The translations under genes were made by a program, and so were the position numbers. A DNA stretch of 64,000 nt from the NCBI GenBank assembly GCA_964408995.1, contig CAYPBP010000001.1:10823-74822 (forward strand). The letters run 5' to 3'. Of the stretch, positions 20,372-29,652 are shown piece by piece. Below the pieces are notes generated by a model. That model worked only from the letters and a program-made list of their open reading frames with translations, was not told the DNA's origin and did not search any database. This DNA comes from an uncultured Gammaproteobacteria bacterium. GTDB lineage: Bacteria; Patescibacteriota; Microgenomatia; UBA12405. Each line of letters opens with the position of its first letter. Within the stretch, counting starts at the first letter, position 1.

Positions 20372-22094
20372 GTTGATCTAAAAGATCTTTAACTTCTTTT
20401 ATATTAGGAGCAACTTTAACAATTTGTTCTAAAATTGAAATAGCCTTATCTTTTTGACCCATATTAGCATAAACAACAGCTGTTATATAATAAACCTGAA
20501 CATCATTTGGTCTAACCTTATTAAGTCTTTCCAAATGATTCATTGCCAAATCATATCGCTTTTCCGCCAAATCAATTTGCAGTAAACTAAAATAACTTTG
20601 GTACAAATTAGGTCCAAAAGACAAAGCTGTTTCATAACTATCCCTGGCCAAATCCAATCTTCCTATTTTATAAAAAATATTAGCTCGATTATGAAAAGCA
20701 TCAGCATAATTTGGTTTAACTATAGTCGATTGAGTGAAACCTTTAATTGAATTTAAGTATTGCGTCATCTTCCCTTCGTTTGTAGTTTCTGCTTGAGCTA
20801 ACTTATCATAATCATCACCAATATTATTCCAAGCATTGTGGCTATTAGGTGATACTTGGCAAGTGTTTACCCATAATTTATGATTTGTCTGCCAATCACT
20901 ATTTCTATAAAAAGTTCTAACTGAATAATAACTAATCAAAGCTATAAATAAGAAAAATAAAGGCACTTCAAATTTTCTTCCAAGTCTTTGAAAAAATAAA
21001 ACCAAAAAAGCACAAAAACCCAAACTACCTAATAAAGCATATCTTTCAGCCACCAACCAACTGACTTTTACCGGAGCCATTGATGGTGCAGTTGCCAAAA
21101 AAATAAAAGCTAGAGCAAAAAATATTTTTTTATCTTTAAAGAAAAAATAACCAACAGCTGTTAGATAAGACAATAAAATTGACCAATTCAACCAAACTGG
21201 CAAAATATACATAGTGTGATACAAAGTCAAATCAGCTGGAACCAGCATTAATTGTAAATATTTAGCTATTGCCGTTGGGTATTGAAAAAATGGATTATAA
21301 AAAACACTTTCACTTCCATTATAGCCCGAATTAACATTTCCAATTCTTTGATTAATTAAAGGCCACAAAATAACCAACAAAATTATTATTCCAACAAAAC
21401 AATATAAAAATATTTTTAACCAATCAATATTTTTCTTTAATTTACTACCAAAAGATAAAATCAAAAGAGGGACTAATAATAATACTGAAATAGACCTAAC
21501 TCTTTCGGCCAAAAAAGCAATTGGTAAAGAAATTATAAAAAACCAAAAGTACTTTTTAATTCCAGTTTTTAAATATAAAACAAAAAATATTAAAGACAAT
21601 AAAACAGTCAAAGATGTAAACAAATAAGGTTTACCAGAAATCCAAGATACAGCTTCCACATGAATTGGTAATACTGCAAATAATATAGTAGTTAAAATAG
21701 CTGTTTTTTTACTAAAAATAATTTTTATGAAAATAAATGCCAAAACACAAACTCCTAAATAAATTACCAGATTAAAAACATGAAAAGGAATAGGATTTTT
21801 AATCCCAAAAAGAAATGCCAAAAACCAATTAGACAATCCTGTAATTAAACCAAAAAATCCATGTTTAAAACTCATTATTTGAGGATTGTTTGGAATTGTT
21901 GCATAATCATCTGACACAAAATCACCATATAGCGAATTAAAATACAAAACAAAAATACCGACACACAAGGCCAATAAAAATTTCCAATTCTCTTTAACTA
22001 TCTCTCTTATCCCCAAAACAGGTTCAAAAACATCTTCTTTCACTAAATTTTCCGTTTCCAATTTTCTTAATTTCTTAAGTTTCTTCTGAGACAT
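20361..22094 (-). CDS. TPR-repeat-containing GT-C membrane protein (TMTC/PMT_2-like O-glycosyltransferase architecture)
   Basis: N-terminal polytopic domain with GDFVSDDY and HVFNLVIY motifs; C-terminal soluble region with TPR-like repeats (AWNNIGDDYDKL, AFHNRANIFYKIG, VYYITAVVYANMG). Confidence 0.5.
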   Translation of the reverse strand: MSQKKLKKLRKLETENLVKEDVFEPVLGIREIVKENWKFLLALCVGIFVLYFNSLYGDFVSDDYATIPNNPQIMSFKHGFFGLITGLSNWFLAFLFGIKNPIPFHVFNLVIYLGVCVLAFIFIKIIFSKKTAILTTILFAVLPIHVEAVSWISGKPYLFTSLTVLLSLIFFVLYLKTGIKKYFWFFIISLPIAFLAERVRSISVLLLVPLLILSFGSKLKKNIDWLKIFLYCFVGIIILLVILWPLINQRIGNVNSGYNGSESVFYNPFFQYPTAIAKYLQLMLVPADLTLYHTMYILPVWLNWSILLSYLTAVGYFFFKDKKIFFALAFIFLATAPSMAPVKVSWLVAERYALLGSLGFCAFLVLFFQRLGRKFEVPLFFLFIALISYYSVRTFYRNSDWQTNHKLWVNTCQVSPNSHNAWNNIGDDYDKLAQAETTNEGKMTQYLNSIKGFTQSTIVKPNYADAFHNRANIFYKIGRLDLARDSYETALSFGPNLYQSYFSLLQIDLAEKRYDLAMNHLERLNKVRPNDVQVYYITAVVYANMGQKDKAISILEQIVKVAPNIKEVKDLLDQLKK

Positions 22095-22138
22095 ATTTCA
22101 TTCTACCAAAAATTTTCTTTTACTACTTCTCTATTTAT

Positions 22139-23122
22139 CTAAATTTCTAATGATCTAAACAACTCTCCAAGCTTCTCTTCACTATGCCTCAACCTCATAT
22201 TCGATTCATCTATTGTTGCCAAGTCAACTTTTATTGTTTTGACTGGACAAAGCATGTCTTTTTCTACCAATAGTGAATTCTCTAATTTATAAAAATAAAA
22301 GACTTTCTTTAATAATTTTTTATCCAAATCAGCTAAATCAGCCATAATTATCAGATCAAAAGGGGTTTTATTTCTTAAATATTTTTGAAATATTTCTAAA
22401 TAACCATTTTGACTAGCTTTTTTAACTTCATTACCAGTAGAAAAAATATTAACCAAAAATATCTTCTTAGCCTTACTTTTATTAAAACTTTCTACAATTC
22501 CATCAGGTAAAAAATTAGGTAATACCGATCCATAAGTCGTCCCAGGCCCAATTATAATCACATCAGCATTCTCTATTATCTCTTTTGCTTTTTTATTTGC
22601 CTCAACTTTTGGAGATAACCAAATATTATCAATTTTATCCAAAGACATTCTTAAATCATCAATAAAATTTTCTCCCTTATATTCCTTGCCACTGATAGTA
22701 GTAAAACAAACATTTGATGGTTTTAAAGACACTGGAATAACTTCTCCGCAAAGTTTAGCCCCAGTCAAACTAGAAAACAAATCATCAATTTCACCCAAAT
22801 TACCTTCTTTTTCTGACAAAAATTGCAAAAATATATTTCCAAAGTTTCTATCCCTGCCATCTCTAAATCTAAGCATATCTTGCCAAATTTCTTTTTGTTT
22901 TCCATCATCCCAAAGCGAAATCAAAGCTCTCCAATAATCAGAAAAAGCCAAAAGTTTTCCTCTTTCATCAGTTCTCATCCGACCAGTATCTCCACCATTA
23001 TCAAAAGTTGTCACTATTGATTTAATGTCCCTAAATCCTGCTTTAATCAAAGCTTTATTAACAATCGGCATTCCTGATCCACCACCAATAGTACAAACTT
23101 TAAGATTTTTATTCATAAACAT
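22139..23122 (-). CDS. YvcK/CofD-family protein (UPF0052, gluconeogenesis factor-like)
   Basis: VCTIGGGSGMPIV...TFDNGGDTGRMR...GNIFL...IIIGPGTTYGSVLPNFL motifs. Confidence 0.65.
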   Translation of the reverse strand: MFMNKNLKVCTIGGGSGMPIVNKALIKAGFRDIKSIVTTFDNGGDTGRMRTDERGKLLAFSDYWRALISLWDDGKQKEIWQDMLRFRDGRDRNFGNIFLQFLSEKEGNLGEIDDLFSSLTGAKLCGEVIPVSLKPSNVCFTTISGKEYKGENFIDDLRMSLDKIDNIWLSPKVEANKKAKEIIENADVIIIGPGTTYGSVLPNFLPDGIVESFNKSKAKKIFLVNIFSTGNEVKKASQNGYLEIFQKYLRNKTPFDLIIMADLADLDKKLLKKVFYFYKLENSLLVEKDMLCPVKTIKVDLATIDESNMRLRHSEEKLGELFRSLEI

Positions 23123-23153
23123 TATTATATAACAAATACTCTCAATTGGTTTT

Positions 23154-24125
23154 TTATCGTTTAAATATCTTATTAAATAAACCTGTTGTAATTTTTGACG
23201 ATAAAGTTAACACTATTACAACTGTAGTAATCACCAAATAACTTATTACCTTTATATTTGATGACAAAATATCATATTGAAATACCTTTTCCAAATATCT
23301 AATCACAAAACCATGAAGTAAATAAACCACCATACTATTTATTCCAATATCAGTAATTTTATATATCTTAAAATTAGGAACAACAATCATTATCATCACT
23401 GACAAAAGCAAAGCTATTAAATAAATTCCTAATCTAATAATTAAATTATAATCAAGATTGTTATAGCTCGAAAAACTATACATCCACCACACCTTTATAC
23501 TATCAATATAAAGATACAATCCCAAAACTATTAAAACAGACAATAAACTCACTAAACTTACCAATAACTTATTTTTTTTAAGCTTACTAAAATCTATTTT
23601 GTTTTTATTACAATAAAATCCCAAAAGAAAGAAAGGGAAAAAGACGATTGTTCTTGACAGACTCAAGTAAGAGCCTATTGAACTATTAAAACCCGCTAAT
23701 AATCCTAATCCAAAGGCTATTAAAATAACTTTTATATTAACTTTTTTAATAAACTGCACCATTGTTCCCCAAAACATAAAAGACAATAAATACCACAAAC
23801 TCCAAGCTGGATTTGTTAAGTCATAAGTTACCCCCGCATTCTCTAATACATATTTATTAAAGAAAAAATATAAAGTTTGAAACACCAAATAAGGAAACAC
23901 TAATCTACTAATTATTTTTTTAAAATTAATATTGGTAGCAAAATAACCAGAACAAAAAACAAACAATGGCATATGAAAAGAAAATATTAAGACGTAAAGA
24001 TATTTAACAAAACCTAAGTTCAAAAAATCTTCTAACAAGTGGCCAAAAACAACTAATATAATTAAAAATCCTTTGATATTGTCAAAATAACTATTCCTCC
24101 CTGTCTTTGTTTTTATTTTTTCCAT
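23154..24125 (-). CDS. acyltransferase family 3 membrane protein (probable O-acetyltransferase of glycans)
   Basis: YFDNIKGFLIILVVFGHLL N-terminal motif; about 10 TM helices. Confidence 0.6.
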   Translation of the reverse strand: MEKIKTKTGRNSYFDNIKGFLIILVVFGHLLEDFLNLGFVKYLYVLIFSFHMPLFVFCSGYFATNINFKKIISRLVFPYLVFQTLYFFFNKYVLENAGVTYDLTNPAWSLWYLLSFMFWGTMVQFIKKVNIKVILIAFGLGLLAGFNSSIGSYLSLSRTIVFFPFFLLGFYCNKNKIDFSKLKKNKLLVSLVSLLSVLIVLGLYLYIDSIKVWWMYSFSSYNNLDYNLIIRLGIYLIALLLSVMIMIVVPNFKIYKITDIGINSMVVYLLHGFVIRYLEKVFQYDILSSNIKVISYLVITTVVIVLTLSSKITTGLFNKIFKR

Positions 24126-24237
24126 ATTTTTGTAAATTAATTCATTATACTAAAAAAATACTCCAAATCTTTAACTCTCTAACGCTCTATGTTAAAAACA
24201 ATAATCTAGTAATATTTTTTTCTGTTATCATGTATTT

Positions 24238-24807
24238 ATGATTACAAAAAATAAAATTATTTATGCTTTCATCGACAGCCAAAATTTAAACTTAGGCACA
24301 AGTAAAGATTTGTTTAAAAACGGTCTACAAATATATACTGGATGGAAGCTAGATAATAAAAAATTTCATCAATTCCTTTTAGACAAATTTAGAGTAACAA
24401 AAGCGTTTTTATTTATTGGTTATCTTGATCAGTATAAAGATTTATATAAATTTCTTAAATCAATTGGCTACACTCTTATTTTCAAACCTACGGTTAAAGA
24501 TGAACACGGAAAACCAAAAGGGAATGTTGATGCTGAATTAGTTTTACATTCCGCTGCTATTGAATTTGAAAATTATGACAAAGCAGTAATCGTTTCAGGA
24601 GATGGTGACTTCAGTTGTTTACATAAATATCTCAAACAACACAAAAAATTAGAAAAAATTATTATTCCAAACAAATTTTCCGAATCAAGTCTTTTAAAAG
24701 ATTTTCAAGATTATAAATTGTTTTTATACCGGGAAAAAGAAAAGCTAGAATATATACCACCAAAATTACAAATTAAGTCCAAAAAAAATGGGAGGCGTCG
24801 CTCATAA
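24238..24807 (+). CDS. NYN (LabA-like) domain protein
   Basis: IYAFIDSQNLNLG...KGNVDAELVLH...VIVSGDGDFSCL motifs. Confidence 0.55.
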   Translation: MITKNKIIYAFIDSQNLNLGTSKDLFKNGLQIYTGWKLDNKKFHQFLLDKFRVTKAFLFIGYLDQYKDLYKFLKSIGYTLIFKPTVKDEHGKPKGNVDAELVLHSAAIEFENYDKAVIVSGDGDFSCLHKYLKQHKKLEKIIIPNKFSESSLLKDFQDYKLFLYREKEKLEYIPPKLQIKSKKNGRRRS

Positions 24808-25055
24808 GCACTTAGCTTAAGGGTCGTGTTCTCCCTGATGATTGTGTCAATTATACAATAATTATCCATATCATGTCAATCCCACCATAGTCCTCTAAAG
24901 CACCAGAGTACAGCAAGCACTAATGCATCAAAGTGCTAGTGTGTTAAATTAACCTCTTGACACAAAATATCGTGTCATAACCTGTAAGTGTAATATATTT
25001 ACATATAGGGGTCACATGAGCTTTATAAAAGATTTTATTAAATCAAAAAAAGTTT

Positions 25056-25826
25056 TTAAACAGTTTTTAAATTTTCTTTTATAAAATCCAAGATATAATC
25101 ATAAAATTCCAACAAACGATCTCTTTGATCAATAGGCACAAATGGTTTCAAGTCTAAGATAAACTTTTCCTTACTAAACTTATTTATCTTAGCAATTAAT
25201 TGGTCCGACATAAAAGTCTTTATATTGTAATATTTTAATTTTTCTTTCACTAATTTTTCATCTATAAAAATATTTTTACTCAATAAAAACCATAAATCAT
25301 AAATATCTCGTCCTTTATCTCGAGTTAATGTTGCTCTAATTTTTTCGGCCAATATTTCTTCAGCTGACAAATGATTCACATAAGCAGTAAATATAACTGG
25401 ATAATTTGTGTTTACAATTGATTGACTTGGATTTATCACTTTTTCCCTAAAAGAAAAATCAAGATTAATAAATATTTTATAATTAACTATATTCAAATCA
25501 GCCGTCAACAAATATTTATCTCCAGTAATAGTTTTTCTTTTCTTGAAATTAAAACCATATAATTTTTCTAGTTTCTTAAAAAATTTTATTATAAACACAT
25601 CAAATTCCTCTTTATCTCCCATAACGGTAAAATCTAAATCTTCTGAAAAACGTGTTCCTTTTAAAATTAATCTTATTGCTGTTCCTCCCTTAAAAAAAAT
25701 ATTTTGAGAATATTTTTCATCGTATAATTCCTTCAAAAATAGTGTTTGAATATACTCTCGAACCACTACACTTTCATTTATTTTTAACAGTCTTGAAAAT
25801 TCTTTTATTTGATTAGTAGTTAACAT
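25056..25826 (-). CDS. AbiEii/AbiGii-family nucleotidyltransferase toxin (type IV toxin-antitoxin/abortive infection)
   Basis: FFKGGTAIRLILKGTRFSEDLDFTV motif; 4-nt gap to upstream antitoxin gene. Confidence 0.6.
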   Translation of the reverse strand: MLTTNQIKEFSRLLKINESVVVREYIQTLFLKELYDEKYSQNIFFKGGTAIRLILKGTRFSEDLDFTVMGDKEEFDVFIIKFFKKLEKLYGFNFKKRKTITGDKYLLTADLNIVNYKIFINLDFSFREKVINPSQSIVNTNYPVIFTAYVNHLSAEEILAEKIRATLTRDKGRDIYDLWFLLSKNIFIDEKLVKEKLKYYNIKTFMSDQLIAKINKFSKEKFILDLKPFVPIDQRDRLLEFYDYILDFIKENLKTV

Positions 25827-25830
25827 ATTA

Positions 25831-26424
25831 TTATTTAATGATTTTTTTAACCAATTCCATAATATTCTTATCTGCTTTTAATTGACGACACATATCTAAA
25901 AATGTTTTTACATTAATGTTTCCCAGATCATATTCATCAAAATTAATTGATTTAAGACCTTTTGAAGCTAAATAAATTTGATCAAAAAGAGCTTTTTCTG
26001 GCAAAGCTATCAGCATATTATTTTTTTTAGTAAACATTCCAAAATATTTGGAATTTATATGACTGTAACTATATATTTTTTCATCAAATTTTTTAGTGAT
26101 ATTTTTCTTTGAAGTTACGTTAGTTATTTCAAAAGGAAATTGTGACAAAATACCCCAATAATTAAGAGCTGTTTCCAAAGAAATATAAGATGGTTGGTAC
26201 AAAAAATTAGCTATTTCAAAAGTATCTATATTTTTTCCAGTTACACAATACTTATTCTTTTCGATATTAATTAAAACTCCATTCTTTATAAAATCACTAA
26301 CAATTCGGTAATAAGTCCTTTCACTTTTTATACCCAAAATATCTTTTAATGTTTTTGAATTTATCAAAGTAAACCCAGACTCAAGTAATTTTTTTGTCAA
26401 TAAACTTAAACTATACGATTCCAT
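25831..26424 (-). CDS. AbiEi-family antitoxin / transcriptional regulator
   Basis: N-terminal winged-helix-like region, C-terminal AbiEi-like domain; directly upstream of AbiEii-like gene. Confidence 0.55.
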   Translation of the reverse strand: MESYSLSLLTKKLLESGFTLINSKTLKDILGIKSERTYYRIVSDFIKNGVLINIEKNKYCVTGKNIDTFEIANFLYQPSYISLETALNYWGILSQFPFEITNVTSKKNITKKFDEKIYSYSHINSKYFGMFTKKNNMLIALPEKALFDQIYLASKGLKSINFDEYDLGNINVKTFLDMCRQLKADKNIMELVKKIIK

Positions 26425-26433
26425 ATACTGTCA

Positions 26434-26462
26434 ATATTAGACACTATATAGAACCGTGTCAA
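26434..26462 (-). promoter_or_regulatory. sigma70-like promoter TTGACA-17-TAATAT for the abiEi/abiEii pair, overlapped by TGTC-N7-GACA inverted repeat (candidate AbiEi operator)
   Basis: minus-strand read agtacTTGACAcggttctatatagtgtcTAATATtgacagtatATG; further GACAC-N8-GTGTC and TGTCAA repeats at 24841..24981 on the other flank. Confidence 0.45.
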
Positions 26463-26539
26463 GTACTAATAAAAACAACCTCCTAGTAAATTGACCAGAC
26501 TACTAGCACACCAGAGCACTAACGTACTATAATGCATTA

Positions 26540-27340
26540 ATGCTTTCTCTTATCAAAGAAATAAAAGACATCTACAAATGGCGCGAACTATTATGGCAAA
26601 TGGTTGGCCGTGAAGTCAAAGCTCGCTACAAACAATCCATCCTCGGTTATTTCTGGGTTATCCTAAATCCACTAGCTCAAATGCTAGTCATGTCTTTTGC
26701 TTTCTCAATCATCATGCGAATTCCTACCAATTCAGCCAGCAATATTCCTTATTCTATTTTCCTTTTCGTTGCTCTTTTACCTTGGAACTTATTCACCGGT
26801 TCCCTTAGTTCAGCCGCTGGAGCCATAGTTGGAGCCGGTGGTTTAGTTACCAAAATTTATTTCCCTCGAACTATTTTAGTAATTGCCACTATCGTTGCTA
26901 AAATTATTGATTTTCTTTTTGCCAACATAGTCTTAGTTATTTATATGATTATTTACAACATACCAATCAATATAAATATTCTTTGGGTTATTCCAATCTT
27001 TTTTATTCAACAAATTTTCACTCTTGGTCTATCTCTTTTCTTTGCCGCCGCCAATCTTCTCTACCGAGACATTCAATACCTTTTATCAATGATTTTGCTT
27101 CTTTGGATGTATGTCACTCCAGTCATCTTCCCAGCCGATTTAGTCCCAGAAAGATACCGCTTTGTTTTCCAGATAAACCCTATGGCTGTCATTATTAATG
27201 CTTACAGGCAAGTAATTCTAGCTGGAGGTGTCCCTAAATACTCCAGTTTAGCCATCGCCATTGTCGTTTCTCTTATAACTCTTTTAATTGGCTTTAAATA
27301 TTTCAAATCTCGCGAAAAAATCTTCGCCGATAATATTTAG
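26540..27340 (+). CDS. ABC-2 type polysaccharide export permease (Wzm/TagG-like)
   Basis: WRELLWQMVGREVKARYKQSILGYFW signature; 6 TM helices. Confidence 0.7.
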   Translation: MLSLIKEIKDIYKWRELLWQMVGREVKARYKQSILGYFWVILNPLAQMLVMSFAFSIIMRIPTNSASNIPYSIFLFVALLPWNLFTGSLSSAAGAIVGAGGLVTKIYFPRTILVIATIVAKIIDFLFANIVLVIYMIIYNIPININILWVIPIFFIQQIFTLGLSLFFAAANLLYRDIQYLLSMILLLWMYVTPVIFPADLVPERYRFVFQINPMAVIINAYRQVILAGGVPKYSSLAIAIVVSLITLLIGFKYFKSREKIFADNI

Positions 27341-27341
27341 T

Positions 27342-27374
27342 CCTCTAGAACGCTGGTACTCTAGATCTCTAGAC
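27342..27374. repeat. degenerate period-8 array (ctctagNN)
   Basis: tcctctagaacgctggtactctagatctctagac; intergenic between the permease and the four-helix-bundle gene. Confidence 0.6.
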
Positions 27375-27409
27375 AATTAACAAATCAAAAACTAGCGAAA
27401 TAAATTAAT

Positions 27410-27775
27410 ATGAATTTTACTGATCTAAATATTTGGAAAGAAAGTAATAAATTAGCTATTACCATATATAAAATAACTAAAAATTTTCCAAAATCGGAAA
27501 TTTTTGGAATAACATCCCAACTACAAAGGGCTTCTACTTCTATTTCTGCTAATATTGCTGAAGGTTTCGGAAGGAAAGGCAATAAAGAATTTATCCAATT
27601 TTTATATCAAGCAAAAGGTTCTCTCTATGAAACTCAAAATTTTATACTTTTCAGCCGAGATATAGGTTATATTGAAAAATCAGAATCAGAAATTTTATTA
27701 AATCAATACGAATCATTAGCTAAAATGTTAAATTCCTTTATTACTAAGGTAAAATATAATAATGAAAACAAATAA
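27410..27775 (+). CDS. four-helix-bundle protein (PF05635-like, '23S rRNA intervening-sequence protein' family), copy 1
   Basis: 121 aa; LNIWKESNKLAITIYKIT...SQLQRASTSISANIAEGFGR motifs; sits between wzm- and wzt-like genes. Confidence 0.65.
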   Translation: MNFTDLNIWKESNKLAITIYKITKNFPKSEIFGITSQLQRASTSISANIAEGFGRKGNKEFIQFLYQAKGSLYETQNFILFSRDIGYIEKSESEILLNQYESLAKMLNSFITKVKYNNENK

Positions 27776-28553
27776 GGTGTCTAGCGAACCAGCGAACCAG
27801 CGAACCAGCGAACCAGACCAAATCGTTATACGATTTGGTCATGTTACCAAAGATTTTAGCAAACTCTCTCATAAAACCTTCAAAGAATTTCTTCCCGCTC
27901 TAATCAAAGGCGAAAAAACAGCTGAAAGTTTTACTGCTCTAAAAGACATTAGCTTTGAAATTAAAAAAGGGGAGACAGTTGGCATAATTGGTCCAAATGG
28001 CAGTGGCAAATCAACTATTCTAAAGCTCATTGCCGGCGTTATGTGGCCAACATCCGGAACAGTGCAAGTCAAAGGTAAAATCTCTCCTCTAATCGAGCTT
28101 GGTGCCGGCATGCATCCAGAATTAACTGGCAGTGAAAATATTTACTTAAACGGCGCCATTCTTGGTCTTTCTCAAAAAGAAATTGCGACCAATTACAAAT
28201 CTATTGTCGATTTTGCCGAAATTTGGGAATTTATCGATCAACCAATCAAACATTATTCTTCAGGTATGTATATGCGCCTTGCTTTTGCCATTGCCATTCA
28301 TGTCCACCCCGAAATTCTAATAGTCGACGAAATTCTATCTGTTGGTGATGCTGCTTTCCAAGACAAATGTTTCAAAAAGATGGAAGAATTTCAAAAATCA
28401 AAAGACATTACCATTATTTTTGTTACCCATGCTTTAGCTCAAGTCGAAAAATTCTGCACCCGCGCCATTTACATCAACAACCATCAAATCCAGTACGACG
28501 GCGATACTCAAAAAGCAACTAAAAAATATTTAGACGATCTAGAAAACAAATAA
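27762..28553 (+). CDS. ABC transporter ATP-binding protein (Wzt/TagH-like polysaccharide export ATPase)
   Basis: Walker A GPNGSGKST, signature YSSGM, Walker B ILIVDE; 5' end contains perfect octamer repeat. Confidence 0.75.
   Translation: MKTNKVSSEPANQRTSEPDQIVIRFGHVTKDFSKLSHKTFKEFLPALIKGEKTAESFTALKDISFEIKKGETVGIIGPNGSGKSTILKLIAGVMWPTSGTVQVKGKISPLIELGAGMHPELTGSENIYLNGAILGLSQKEIATNYKSIVDFAEIWEFIDQPIKHYSSGMYMRLAFAIAIHVHPEILIVDEILSVGDAAFQDKCFKKMEEFQKSKDITIIFVTHALAQVEKFCTRAIYINNHQIQYDGDTQKATKKYLDDLENK
27783..27819. repeat. perfect tandem octanucleotide repeat (agcgaacc) x4 plus partial copy, inside codons 8-19 of wzt-like gene
   Basis: ctagcgaaccagcgaaccagcgaaccagcgaaccagacc; translated SSEPANQRTSEPDQ. 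Confidence 0.9.
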
Positions 28554-28572
28554 TACACTAGCGCAAGTAGTA

Positions 28573-29397
28573 TTATTTGAGCTTAATGGATTTTTTCTGA
28601 GATAAATAGTTTTTTTTAGAAACAATTGTTTTACCAAGTTCATTTTCCAGTTCTTTTCTGGCATTTCCAGCAATTTTACCACCTCTGTTCGCGTCACTTT
28701 TTAATTTGGGTACACCAATGGATTTTTCTTGGCGATGAATTTCAGTAGTAGACCTTTCTCCTAGCATAGTGAAGATCAATTCGAAATCATCCATATGATC
28801 TCTTAAATTTTCTCTTTTGATTCCTTTGAGTTTTTTATATTCAATTGGAGTTACTCCAAAAGTGGCTTTAGAAATTTCTGCAGTCAAAATTTCATAATCT
28901 TTTTGTTCTTTAGCACCTCGTTTTTGCCATTCGTCAGTTAATTCCTCGCGGATGGCAATACCACGCATTCTTTTTTCAATCCAACTTTCTGAATAACCTT
29001 TAGCTTGGTACAAGGCACGAGTTCGCTTGGTGGCTAATTCTGGATCTTCGATTTCTTGGACTCGTTCATAACCAACTTTTGCTAACCACATTTTAAATGG
29101 TTCAGCCTTAGGTGAGGGGATTGATTGAATAATTCTAAATATTCCTTCAGTATTAGCACAATCTGTAATATATTTTTTCCCATCTGATGATTCAAGTTTC
29201 AGTTGTCGACAAATTGTCGATAACTGAAATCCATCATCATTCTTAACTCTTATTTTCATTTTAAACCAATAATCGTTAGGATTGACACTATCAGTGAGTG
29301 ATTGAACTACATCCACAACTGAAAACCACCACTCATTTGAATAAATTGTTCTTCTAATTTTTTTACCTTTAAAAATTGCCAAATAATTGTTGTTCAT
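28573..29397 (-). CDS. Bro-N domain protein with DinD-like C-terminal region, copy 1
   Basis: Bro-N pattern (KKIRRTIYSNEWWFSVVDV...NTEGIFRIIQSIPSPKAEPFKMWLAKVG); near-identical paralogue at 52925..53746. Confidence 0.6.
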   Translation of the reverse strand: MNNNYLAIFKGKKIRRTIYSNEWWFSVVDVVQSLTDSVNPNDYWFKMKIRVKNDDGFQLSTICRQLKLESSDGKKYITDCANTEGIFRIIQSIPSPKAEPFKMWLAKVGYERVQEIEDPELATKRTRALYQAKGYSESWIEKRMRGIAIREELTDEWQKRGAKEQKDYEILTAEISKATFGVTPIEYKKLKGIKRENLRDHMDDFELIFTMLGERSTTEIHRQEKSIGVPKLKSDANRGGKIAGNARKELENELGKTIVSKKNYLSQKKSIKLK

Positions 29398-29403
29398 ACT
29401 AAA

Positions 29404-29431
29404 ATAATACTAGAGTAATTGGTCTTGTCAA
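29404..29431 (-). promoter_or_regulatory. sigma70-like promoter TTGACA-16-TATTAT, 6 nt upstream of Bro-N copy 1 start
   Basis: minus-strand ttcggttttagtcaTTGACAagaccaattactctagTATTATtttagtATG; about 60 nt conserved with 51841..51888. Confidence 0.45.
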
Positions 29432-29652
29432 TGACTAAAACCGAAGAAAACACGAATGTAAATAAATAATAAAATTTAAAAAAATACATTAGTACTATAT
29501 GTTAAACTCATTAATCATCTAACAAAAGCGATTCAATAATACTCATCTTATCCCCAAATTTCAACTCAAGCAATTGTGCAAGAAAATGTGTATAAATGCT
29601 TGAAACCAAGCAATTATTCAATTTTTGTGAAACTGTGTTAAAATTATAATTA

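Noticed and set aside
24808-25055. GC-enriched convergent intergenic region examined for tRNA or other small RNA
   Set aside because: No tRNA-like T-arm/anticodon architecture was recognisable. Its content is better explained as operator-like TGTCAA inverted repeats and shared flank motifs of the AbiE module.
27783-27819. Octamer tandem arrays considered as a CRISPR array
   Set aside because: Units are 8 bp with no spacers, far too short for CRISPR repeats. They are classified as simple-sequence / contingency-type repeats instead.
28554-28572. Possible terminator hairpin between wzt-like gene and Bro-N gene
   Set aside because: Only a 4-bp imperfect stem (tact/agta) with no U-tract; not convincing.
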